A stretch of 64,000 bases of DNA from assembly GCA_963798845.1 (NCBI GenBank), contig CAWCUS010000005.1, positions 224,001 through 288,000 on the forward strand, in the 5' to 3' direction. Position numbers and translations under genes: made by a program. The stretch comes from an uncultured Gemmatimonadales bacterium (GTDB lineage: Bacteria; Gemmatimonadota; Gemmatimonadetes; Longimicrobiales; RSA9). Shown here piece after piece: positions 18,923-26,992 of this stretch (the stretch's first letter is position 1; every line of letters starts with the position of its first letter). The notes beneath the pieces are model-generated. The model saw nothing but the letters and a program-made list of their open reading frames with translations. It ran no database searches and was not told the origin of the DNA.

Positions 18923-18926
18923 GCGC

Positions 18927-19145
18927 ATGAGCAAGAAGCTGCTGGCCCTCGGTATGGTCATCGGTCTCGCTGCCGCCTGTGGCGGCAACAACGACGCGGA
19001 TATGGACGAGGGCGCCGGGATGGAGACGCCGGCCCCGACCGCCGCGCCCATGGACACCATGAACATGGACACCATGAACATGGACACCATGGGAATGGAC
19101 ACCATGCCGCAGCCGATGGCGGACCAGGACACGTCGGCCATGTAA
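18927..19145 (+). CDS. Small Met-rich lipoprotein (72 aa)
   Basis: AAGGA RBS, MSKKLLALGMVIGLAAA-C lipobox, MDTM repeats. Confidence 0.82.
   Translation: MSKKLLALGMVIGLAAACGGNNDADMDEGAGMETPAPTAAPMDTMNMDTMNMDTMGMDTMPQPMADQDTSAM
19050..19109 (+). repeat. 4 x 15-bp coding tandem repeat (ATGGACACCATGnnn)
   Basis: Units end in AAC, AAC, GGA, CCG and encode MDTMN MDTMN MDTMG MDTMP. Confidence 0.92.
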
Positions 19146-19169
19146 GCCGCGCGTCACAGCGCGCATCCA

Positions 19170-19210
19170 CGCGCCGGGCTGCCCCGGACCGACCGGGGGA
19201 GCCCGGCGCG
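19170..19210 (+). terminator. GC-rich hairpin without U-tract after the lipoprotein gene
   Basis: CGCGCCGGGCT-G-CCCCGG...CCGGGG-G-AGCCCGGCGCG inverted repeat. Confidence 0.45.
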
Positions 19211-19267
19211 GCGCGCTGGCATGGCCGCTGCACGCTTCGCCCCTGGAGCATCCACGAGGGGGCGGAG

Positions 19268-20167
19268 ATGATGGCGCGACGGCAATCCCGCATCCGCGTT
19301 GGGGTGGCGGGCTTCAGCTACGACGACTGGTACGGACCCGTCTACCCCGCGCGACCGCCGCGCGGGTTCGATCCGCTGGCCTTCCTGGCCGGCTTCGTCG
19401 ACCTGGTCGAGATCAACACCAGCTTCTACGGCCCTCCCAGGCCCGAGTACGCCCGCGCCTGGGCGGAGCGCGTCGCACCACACCCACGCTTCCGCTTCAC
19501 CGCCAAGATGTGGCGCCGCTTCACCCACGACCGTGACACCGCCTGGACACGGAAAGAGGCCGACGAGATCCGCGCCGGTCTCGCGCCGCTCCGCGACGCC
19601 GATCGCCTGGACGCCGTCCTCCTCCAGTTCCCCTGGTCGTTCCGCGCCGACGAACGGAACAGCGAATGGCTCGCGGACGTGCGCGCCGAGTTCTCCGATT
19701 TTCCGCTGGTGGTCGAAGTGAGGCACCAGAGCTGGAACGACGCCGCATTCTACCGGTGGCTCTCCTCGGAGGGGGTGGGCTTCGTCAACATCGACCAGCC
19801 CCTGTTCCGGCGCTCCCTCGCGCCTTCCGCCCGCGCGACCGCCCGCGTTGGCTACGTCCGCGTCCACGGCCGCAACTACGCGGACTGGTTCCGCAGGGGC
19901 GCAGGCAGGGACGCGCGCTACGATTACCTGTATTCGCCCGAAGAGCTGGAGCGGTGGGCCGAGCGGACGCGCGAAGTGGCGCGGGACGATCAGGTGGACG
20001 AGGTCGACGTAGTGTTCAACAACCACTACAGGGGGCAGGCAGTGGTGAACGCGCTGGAGCTCCGACGGCTCCTCGGCCACGAGGGGGTGCGTGCCCCCCG
20101 GTCGCTGGGCGAGGCCTACGGCGAGGAGCTGCGCGCGCTCGACATTCCCGTGGCCGACGCCGCGTAG
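19268..20167 (+). CDS. DUF72 (YecE-like) protein
   Basis: GFSYDDWYG..YP, VEINTSFY, FRFTAK, LLQFP.SF, VEVRHQSW, YVRVHGRN, RYDYLYS, FNNH. Confidence 0.93.
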   Translation: MMARRQSRIRVGVAGFSYDDWYGPVYPARPPRGFDPLAFLAGFVDLVEINTSFYGPPRPEYARAWAERVAPHPRFRFTAKMWRRFTHDRDTAWTRKEADEIRAGLAPLRDADRLDAVLLQFPWSFRADERNSEWLADVRAEFSDFPLVVEVRHQSWNDAAFYRWLSSEGVGFVNIDQPLFRRSLAPSARATARVGYVRVHGRNYADWFRRGAGRDARYDYLYSPEELERWAERTREVARDDQVDEVDVVFNNHYRGQAVVNALELRRLLGHEGVRAPRSLGEAYGEELRALDIPVADAA

Positions 20168-20200
20168 CGCCCCCTCCACGATGGCGGCCGAAGATCCTGG

Positions 20201-20890
20201 CTACCCCGGAAGCCTCCAGTCCACGGGCGGCCGACCCCCTGCACGCAGAAGCTCGTTCGTCCGCGAGAAGACGCGGCTGCCAAAGAAACCCCGTCGGGCC
20301 GAAAGCGGCGACGGGTGCGGCGCTTCCACTACCGCGTGACGCGCGAGGTCCACCATCGATCCCTTCTTCTGCGCGTGACTGCCGAGCAGCAGGAACACCA
20401 CTCGATTCCGCTTCGTGTTCACCCGCTCGATGACGGCGTCGGTGAAGCGCTCCCAGCCCTGCCCGGCGTGGGAGCCCGGGTTCCCCTCCCGCACCGTCAG
20501 CACCGCATTCAGCAGAAGCACGCCCCGACCCGCCCACGGCACCAGGCTCCCTCCCGCCGGGATCGGCACGTCGAGATCGTCGTGGAGCTCACGGAACAGG
20601 TTCCGCAGCGAGGGTGGCGGCGCGACATTGGCCGGAACCGAGAAAGCAAGGCCGTGGGCCTGGCCGGGACCGTGGTATGGATCCTGGCCGAGGAGCACGA
20701 CGCGCACGGCGCGGTACGGGGTCAGGGCAAGGGCGTTGAAGACGTCGGCGGCGGGCGGGAATACCGTGGCGCGGCCTCGCTCGTCGGCCACGAACTGCTC
20801 CAGCTCCCGGAAATACGGCTTCTCCTGCTCGATCTTCAGCCGCGGCCAGCCGGGAGGAATCGGGGGGAACGGCCGAGGCCGCTCCTCCAT
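20201..20890 (-). CDS. ung: Uracil-DNA glycosylase (family 1)
   Basis: GQDPYHGPGQAHGLAFSV, PPSLRN, GVLLLNAVLTV, HPSPLSARRGFFGS. Confidence 0.96.
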   Translation of the reverse strand: MEERPRPFPPIPPGWPRLKIEQEKPYFRELEQFVADERGRATVFPPAADVFNALALTPYRAVRVVLLGQDPYHGPGQAHGLAFSVPANVAPPPSLRNLFRELHDDLDVPIPAGGSLVPWAGRGVLLLNAVLTVREGNPGSHAGQGWERFTDAVIERVNTKRNRVVFLLLGSHAQKKGSMVDLARHAVVEAPHPSPLSARRGFFGSRVFSRTNELLRAGGRPPVDWRLPG

Positions 20891-21369
20891 CAGCGTCCGG
20901 CCGCCAGGAAGCTGGCGGGCATCGGGACGGCCACCACTTCCCCGCGCACCGTCAGCTCGCCGCCGGCGCGGACCTCCACCGCCACCCGCACCTTGCGGTC
21001 CTCCACATCCCGGGGCACGGCGCGCAGCTCCAGCTCCCGACCCAGCGGGGTGGGCGCGAGGAAATCCACGCGCAGGGATGCGGTGACGTAGCGGGGCGAC
21101 GGACCGGCACCGACCTCGCCTCCCGCTCGCTCCAGCGCCGCTGCGGCCGCCGTGCCGATGCCGTGGCAGTCGACGAGCGACGCCAGGAGGCCGCCGTACA
21201 CGTAGCCCGGGATCGCGATGTGCTCGTCCCGGGGATGGAAGCGTGCCCAACCGACTCCGTCCCGCCAGATCGTGCGGACGTGCAGACCGGGCCCGTTGAG
21301 GCGGCCGCAGCCGTAGCAGTGGGCGACGTCGTCCGGGTAGAGGTCCTGGACCGCCACCTCCCCCGTCAC
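20890..21369 (-). CDS. PaaI / hotdog-fold thioesterase
   Basis: QDLYP...HCYGCG..N..GL, GGLLASLVDCHG, YVTASLRVDFLAPTP. GTG overlaps the marR stop. Confidence 0.9.
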   Translation of the reverse strand: MTGEVAVQDLYPDDVAHCYGCGRLNGPGLHVRTIWRDGVGWARFHPRDEHIAIPGYVYGGLLASLVDCHGIGTAAAAALERAGGEVGAGPSPRYVTASLRVDFLAPTPLGRELELRAVPRDVEDRKVRVAVEVRAGGELTVRGEVVAVPMPASFLAAGR

Positions 21370-21992
21370 CCCGCCGCCGCCTCCCGCGCCGCGGCCGCTC
21401 CGGCACCCGCGTGCTCGTCCGAGCGCTCCCCGTACAGCTCCGAAGCCACCACGCACTCGCGCCCGAGCACGTCGCGCATCACGCAGCCGGTACGGAAGTG
21501 TATGCCACAACGCAGACAGCGCTGCTTCCCCATGTCCTCCAGGGCGAGAAGCCGAACCGACAGCTCGTCCAGCAATGCCGCCGCGGCCCTGAGCCGGTCC
21601 TCCGGGAAATCCCCCAGCAGGCGGAGGAGCTCGCGGTTGCGCGCCGCCGTGAAGTCGGCCAGCAGCACCTCGCTCGCCTCCGTCAGCTTCAGGTCCACCG
21701 CCCGCCGGTCCTCCTTCGACACCGTCCGGTCCACCAGGCCCCGCTGCACGAGACGGTCAATGGCCCGGCTCGCCGCGGCATTCGTCACGCCCAGGAACTC
21801 CGCGATGTCCGTCACCTTGAAGCGCTGTCCCGGTCGCGAGATCAGCATGAGCAGCTTCACCTGCGACATCGCCAGCTGCTCCTCCGTCGCCTCGGCGAGC
21901 GTCCGCTCCAGAAGCTCGCTCACCGCCGAACAGAACACGTGCGACGCCCCCATCACGTCGCGGATCAGCTCGACCTTTTCCTTCTCTTCCAT
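21366..21992 (-). CDS. MarR-family regulator with C-terminal four-Cys extension
   Basis: VTDIAEFLGVTNAAASRAIDRLVQRGLVDR...DRR...LTE wHTH. An alternative in-frame ATG lies at 22040. Confidence 0.9.
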   Translation of the reverse strand: MEEKEKVELIRDVMGASHVFCSAVSELLERTLAEATEEQLAMSQVKLLMLISRPGQRFKVTDIAEFLGVTNAAASRAIDRLVQRGLVDRTVSKEDRRAVDLKLTEASEVLLADFTAARNRELLRLLGDFPEDRLRAAAALLDELSVRLLALEDMGKQRCLRCGIHFRTGCVMRDVLGRECVVASELYGERSDEHAGAGAAAAREAAAG

Positions 21993-22389
21993 CGCTGTCT
22001 TCGCTCGGGGGAAACGGGACTGCAGGGTCGGCACCGGCATTGGTTGCGCCCGTGAATAGTAAACCCGGCGCACCGATCCTCCAAGGGCCCCAGACCCCTT
22101 GCCGGAATTGTTTACGTGGGTATATATTCGACCCCGTCGAAGAGCGTCGCTCCGGATGGAGCACACGTTCGATGGACGACCTGCAACGGGCACTCCGCCA
22201 TGCGGAGGACCCTGCTCCGATCGCGCCGACGGCGCCGGAGCGCCGGTTTGGTGGCCCCTGCAGGTACCGAGCCCTAGACCCCCGGGGCCGTCCGTCAACA
22301 AGCCGGTGGCGGCTGGTCCCCCCAGCCCTCACCGGCTTGTTCTTTTCGCCCCCTCGGATCCTCGCATTTTTCGCCCCGGCGCAGTACTT

Positions 22390-22408
22390 TAGTTAACACG
22401 GTTCACTA
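22390..22408. promoter_or_regulatory. Palindromic operator candidate overlapping a + strand promoter
   Basis: TAGTTAAC-acg-GTTCACTA (1 mismatch) in an AT-rich patch. Putative -35 TTAACA at 22393-22398 and -10 TATAAC at 22417-22422. Confidence 0.5.
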
Positions 22409-22466
22409 TTGACCGGTATAACCAAACGGCCGGGGACGGCCGCGGCAGCAGAATAGGGGGGCTACG

Positions 22467-22577
22467 ATGGGGTACGCACTGTGGGCGGTGCTCGTGATCA
22501 TCCTCCTGGGCGGCCAGCGGCTTCTGGGGGCGCGGCGCGAGCACGTGCGCAATCGCGAGGCGACACCGCACTCGTAG
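22467..22577 (+). CDS. Putative 36-aa single-pass membrane peptide
   Basis: AGGGGG RBS, MGYALWAVLVIILLGGQRLLGARREHVRNREATPHS*. Below the ORF-track size cutoff. Confidence 0.5.
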   Translation: MGYALWAVLVIILLGGQRLLGARREHVRNREATPHS

Positions 22578-22807
22578 GCGCGTCGGCGAGCGAACGGGGC
22601 GGTGAGCTCGGCGAGCCCGCACGGCGGTAGCGTGCGAGCCCGACACACCGGTACATTCGGCGGTCCTGTCCACGGGGGGCGGGGCCGCCTCTGCATGCAA
22701 GGGGGAAATGCCTGAGTCCGGAGCGGAGCATTTTCGTCGGTGACCGATCGAGCGCACATTTCTCCCCGTCTTCCCTCGCCTGCCCGGGCCACCGGGGGTG
22801 ATGCCGG

Positions 22808-23761
22808 GTGAGCGGACCGACCGCTCCGGATCGGGGCCGACGCGCCGGCGCGATCAGGTTGGCGGTGGCGCTGGCGATCTTCATCGCGGCGGCGCTGCTG
22901 GCGCTGTACTTCGTGCCTCGAGAGCTGGGCGCCCCCCGGACGACGTTCCGGGCGGCGGAGTTCCTGGCGTTCGGTCTCCTGGTGGGCGCGTACGGCACCA
23001 TGGTCGGGGCCGGCGGCGGCTTCCTGGTGGTGCCGGCGCTCCTGCTGGTGTACCACATGCCTCCCGAGCAGGCAGCGGGGACGTCGATCGCGGTGGCTTT
23101 CATGAACGCGGCTTCGGGGACGGTCTCGTACGCCCGGCAGGGGCGGGTGGACTACCGCGCCGGGATCTGGTTCGCGGTGGCCACCCTGCCGGGCGCGGTG
23201 GCGGGCGCGTTCCTGTCACGCCTTTTCACGGGTCCGGCGTTCGACACGGTGTTCGGGCTTCTCCTTCTCGGGATCGCCGCGCTGCTGGTCTGGCGACCCG
23301 TGGCCCAGGAGGAATACGCCGAATCCGTGCTGGAGCAGGCCGACCTCCCCTGGTGGCGGGTGCAGCGTCATGTGACGGATCGCGCCGGTGAGACGTTCCG
23401 GTATCGCTACAACCTCGCGGCAGGGGTCGGAATCAGCTTCTGCGTCGGCTTTGCCTCGAGCATCCTGGGGATCGGGGGCGGGATCATCCACGTGCCGGCG
23501 TTGATCCACCTGCTGGGTTTCCCCGCCCACGTCGCGATGGCGACATCGCACTTCATCCTGGCGATCTCCGCCGGCACGGCCACGCTGAGCCACCTGGCGC
23601 TGCACCACGTACTGATCGGCCCGGCCATCCTCATGGGCGTGGGCGTGGTGGCGGGGGCGCAGGTCGGCGCCCGGCTGGGGCAGCTGCTCAAGGGGACCGT
23701 GGTGGTCCGGCTCCTGTCGATCGCCCTGATCATCGTGGGGATCCGGCTTCTCCTGCGCTGA
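22808..23761 (+). CDS. TauE/SafE (TSUP) family transporter
   Basis: GTMVGAGGGFLVVPAL, AAGTS, ILGIGGGIIHVPAL, AMATSHF duplicated motifs. Confidence 0.92.
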   Translation: MSGPTAPDRGRRAGAIRLAVALAIFIAAALLALYFVPRELGAPRTTFRAAEFLAFGLLVGAYGTMVGAGGGFLVVPALLLVYHMPPEQAAGTSIAVAFMNAASGTVSYARQGRVDYRAGIWFAVATLPGAVAGAFLSRLFTGPAFDTVFGLLLLGIAALLVWRPVAQEEYAESVLEQADLPWWRVQRHVTDRAGETFRYRYNLAAGVGISFCVGFASSILGIGGGIIHVPALIHLLGFPAHVAMATSHFILAISAGTATLSHLALHHVLIGPAILMGVGVVAGAQVGARLGQLLKGTVVVRLLSIALIIVGIRLLLR

Positions 23762-23835
23762 GCCTACGCTCCGCCTCCGGTCCGGGCCTTGCACCTGCTG
23801 CTCCCGCCGAATCACCTCGCCGGGGAGATGCAGAG

Positions 23836-24783
23836 ATGGGCAAGTCGGAAGGCAGCCGGACGGTCGTCATCGCCGCCATGGCCGCGAACGGGGTCATCGC
23901 CGTGGCGAAGTTCGGCGCCGCCATGCTGACCGGCAGCTCGGCGCTCCTGTCCGAAGGGATGCACTCGGTGGCGGACACGGGCAACGAGGCGCTGCTCCTG
24001 CTCGGGCAGAAGCGTGCGCGCAAGGAGCCGGACCGTGCGCATCCCTTCGGCTATGGCCAGGAGCTCTACTTCTGGAGCCTCATCGTCGCGACCGTCCTGT
24101 TCAGCGTGGGCGGCGGCCTGAGCGTGTACGAGGGGATCCACGCCATCTCGCGCGGCGAGGAGCTGCGCGACCCGCTGTGGAACTACATCGTCCTCGCGGT
24201 CGCATTCCTCGCGGAAGGCACCTCGTGGACGATCGCCCTGAAGCACTTCCGGCGCCGCTACGACGGCCGCCCGTTCTTCGAGGCGTTCCGCGCCAGCAAG
24301 GACCCTGGGCTCTACATCCCCCTGGCGGAGGACACCGCCGCGCTGGCCGGGATCGTGGTCGCGGCCGCGGGGGTGTTCTTCTCGCACCTGCTCAGCCTTC
24401 CGGTCCTGGACGGGTGCGCCTCGGTGGTCATCGGCGTGATCCTGGGCTGCGTGGCCATGTTCCTGGCGTGGGAGACGCGCGGCCTCCTGGTCGGGGAGTC
24501 GGTGGATCCGGAGCTGCGGCGAACGATCGAGGCGGTGCTGGACGAGGAGCCGGATGTGGATTCGGTGGAACGGGTCATGACCATGTTCCTGTCCCCCGAC
24601 GAGATCCTCCTCAACCTGGGGCTGCGCTTCGACGGGTCCCGCGACCGGGCCAGACCCACGAGCGATCGCATCAACCAGATCGAGACCCGCCTCCGCGAGG
24701 CGGAGCCGCGCATCAACCGGATCTTCGTCGAGCCTGAAGCATTCCGGGAAGGGTCTTCAGGAGCGATCCAGCCCCCGGTCTGA
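23836..24783 (+). CDS. Cation diffusion facilitator family transporter
   Basis: GSSALLSEGMHSVADTGN, HPFGYGQE, EDTAAL, C-terminal dimerisation domain. Confidence 0.93.
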   Translation: MGKSEGSRTVVIAAMAANGVIAVAKFGAAMLTGSSALLSEGMHSVADTGNEALLLLGQKRARKEPDRAHPFGYGQELYFWSLIVATVLFSVGGGLSVYEGIHAISRGEELRDPLWNYIVLAVAFLAEGTSWTIALKHFRRRYDGRPFFEAFRASKDPGLYIPLAEDTAALAGIVVAAAGVFFSHLLSLPVLDGCASVVIGVILGCVAMFLAWETRGLLVGESVDPELRRTIEAVLDEEPDVDSVERVMTMFLSPDEILLNLGLRFDGSRDRARPTSDRINQIETRLREAEPRINRIFVEPEAFREGSSGAIQPPV

Positions 24784-24917
24784 GCGAAGCGGACCGCACG
24801 ACGGCCGTGCAGAGCCGGAACCATCGGCTTGCGGGCAGCGTTTTTGCGTGCCAGCTTCTGGCTTTCTCCGCATCGACGCGGGGGAAGAGGTGCACACGTT
24901 CTCTGAGGTGAGGAACC

Positions 24918-25553
24918 ATGGGTTTCAAGACCAAGACCGTTGCAGCCGTTCTCCTGGCGTCGTTCGCCGCCACGGCGTGCGCGACCAAGGGCGCGCTGCG
25001 AGACGCAATGAATCAACAGCAGCAGGCGCTGGAAGCAGGGCTTCAGGCGGAGCGGTCCGCGCGCACGGCCGCGGATCAGCAGCTCCAGAGTGACCTGGCT
25101 CAGCTCCGGTCCGACCTGGAATCGCTGCGAACCAACTTCAACGCCAAGATCGATTCCGTGGCCATGGGACTCCAGTTCGTCCTTCCGGTGCACTTCGCAT
25201 TCGACGAGGCGGACGTCCGGCCGACCGACGCGTCGGCGCTGGAGGCGTTCACGTCCATCGTGAACAAGCACTACGCCGGGTCCACGATCACGGTCGAGGG
25301 GTTCACCGATCCCTCGGGCTCGGCGTCGTACAACAAGCGCCTGTCCGAGCGCCGCGCGGAGGCCGTTCGTGACCAGCTCATGAACGCCGGCATCCAGGCA
25401 CAGGTCCGTGCCATCGGTTACGGCGAGAACCGGCTCGTGGTTCCCGGTGCGGCCAAGGACGAGAGCGGCGCCGAGCTGAACCGCCGGGTCGTCTTCGTGA
25501 TCGAGACCCCCGGCCAGGGCGCGCCCATGGGGGTGACCCAGCAGGGCGGCTGA
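24918..25553 (+). CDS. OmpA/Pal-family lipoprotein with N-terminal coiled coil
   Basis: ATA-C lipobox, VHFAFDEA, VEGFTDPSGSASYNKRLSERRA, GYGE, NRRVVF. GAGG RBS. Confidence 0.93.
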   Translation: MGFKTKTVAAVLLASFAATACATKGALRDAMNQQQQALEAGLQAERSARTAADQQLQSDLAQLRSDLESLRTNFNAKIDSVAMGLQFVLPVHFAFDEADVRPTDASALEAFTSIVNKHYAGSTITVEGFTDPSGSASYNKRLSERRAEAVRDQLMNAGIQAQVRAIGYGENRLVVPGAAKDESGAELNRRVVFVIETPGQGAPMGVTQQGG

Positions 25554-25581
25554 CCGGACGCTGTCTCGGCTCGGCACGGAG

Positions 25582-25613
25582 GGGCCGGCGCCCGCTGGGC
25601 GGCCGGCCCTTTC
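25582..25613 (+). terminator. Probable intrinsic terminator
   Basis: GGGCCGGC-GCCC-gct-GGGC-G-GCCGGCCC hairpin followed by TTTCTCGTTCTT. Confidence 0.6.
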
Positions 25614-25640
25614 TCGTTCTTCGCGGCCGTCTCTTGTGGA

Positions 25641-26951
25641 GTGGTGACGCACGCAGCTACCCTCCTGACGCCCGCCCCCCCGCGCGCTCGCCCGCGCGAG
25701 GACCGTACAGCCCAGTTGCAACCGGAAAGGGCCGTGACCGTGTCCACTCCGAACGTCGAGCGCGCCCGTGCGACCGGGGCCGTCGCGGACGCCAATGCCG
25801 ACGCGCCGTGGTATCGTCGCCGCAGGTCGGGGAGGAACCGGTACGACCTCGTGGAGCTGGCCGGGAGCTTCGGGGACCTGGGCACGCTGATCCCGTTCGT
25901 CGTCGGCTACATCGCTGTGCTGGACCTCGACCCGCTCGGGATCCTGTTCACGCTCGGCCTGAGCGCCTTCGCGGTGGGCCTCTACTACCGGACGCCGATG
26001 TCGGTCCAGCCGATGAAGGCGATCGGGGGCGCCGCCATCGCCTCGGGTGGCGCGGTCACCGGCGGCATGATCCTCGGTGCCGGGGTGTTCACGGGCATCT
26101 TCTGGCTCCTCGCCGGCACCACCAGGATGATCGACGTGGTGACCCGGCTCGCGGCGAGGCCGGTGGTACGCGGGATCGTGCTCGGGCTGGGACTGCTCTT
26201 CATGAGCGAAGGCGTGAGATTGATGCTCCTCACGCCCTGGCTCGGCGGGATCGGTCTCGTCCTCACCTTCGTCCTGCTGACCCACCGCCGCTTCCCCGCC
26301 ATGTTCGCTCTCCTGCTCCTGGGGACTGCGGCCGTCTGGGTGCTCGACCCGGCTTCCGCGAAGCAGGTGCTCGCCATGCGCCCGGACTTCCGGCTGCCGG
26401 AGCTCGCGCTCACGCGGCTGACCTGGAGCGACTTCGTCGCGGGGAGCCTGGTCCTGGCCCTCCCCCAGCTGCCCCTCACGCTCGGCAACGCCATCGTCGC
26501 CATCCGCGCCGAGAACAACGAGCTGTTCCCCGAGCGGCCCGTCACCGATCGAATGATGGCCACGTCGCAGGGGCTCATGAACCTGCTCGTCGCACCGCTG
26601 GGCGGGATCCCCCTCTGCCACGGCGCCGGCGGTATGGCCGGGCACGTCCGGTTCGGCGCGCGCACGGGCGGGTCCCTCGTCATGCTGGGGGCACTCCTGA
26701 TGGCGCTGGGCCTCTTCTTCAGCGACTCCGTCGCCCTCCTGTTCCAGGTCTTCCCCAAAGCCGTACTCGGCGTGATCCTCTTCTTCGCGGGCACGGAGCT
26801 GGCCATCACCGTCCGGGACATCGGCAGCCGGAAGCAGGACGTCTACGTCATGCTGGTGGTGGCCGGCGTAGCCATGTGGAACATGGGCGCCGCCTTCCTC
26901 GCCGGCATCCTCCTGCACCAGGCTCTCGAGCGGGAATGGCTGAAGGTCTGA
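25641..26951 (+). CDS. Putative molybdate/sulfate transporter (MOT1-like); true start may be downstream
   Basis: ELAGSFGDLGTLIP, PMSVQPMKAI, PQLPLTLGNA, PLCHGAGGMAGHVRFGARTGG. Confidence 0.88.
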   Translation: MVTHAATLLTPAPPRARPREDRTAQLQPERAVTVSTPNVERARATGAVADANADAPWYRRRRSGRNRYDLVELAGSFGDLGTLIPFVVGYIAVLDLDPLGILFTLGLSAFAVGLYYRTPMSVQPMKAIGGAAIASGGAVTGGMILGAGVFTGIFWLLAGTTRMIDVVTRLAARPVVRGIVLGLGLLFMSEGVRLMLLTPWLGGIGLVLTFVLLTHRRFPAMFALLLLGTAAVWVLDPASAKQVLAMRPDFRLPELALTRLTWSDFVAGSLVLALPQLPLTLGNAIVAIRAENNELFPERPVTDRMMATSQGLMNLLVAPLGGIPLCHGAGGMAGHVRFGARTGGSLVMLGALLMALGLFFSDSVALLFQVFPKAVLGVILFFAGTELAITVRDIGSRKQDVYVMLVVAGVAMWNMGAAFLAGILLHQALEREWLKV

Positions 26952-26992
26952 GCGGACGAAGGTAACCTCCCCGTCCGGCGGGGGTATCCTTC

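Noticed and set aside
19050..19109. Short repeats as a possible CRISPR array
   Set aside because: In-frame 15-bp tandem units without spacers and with no cas genes. No CRISPR array was seen anywhere in the window.
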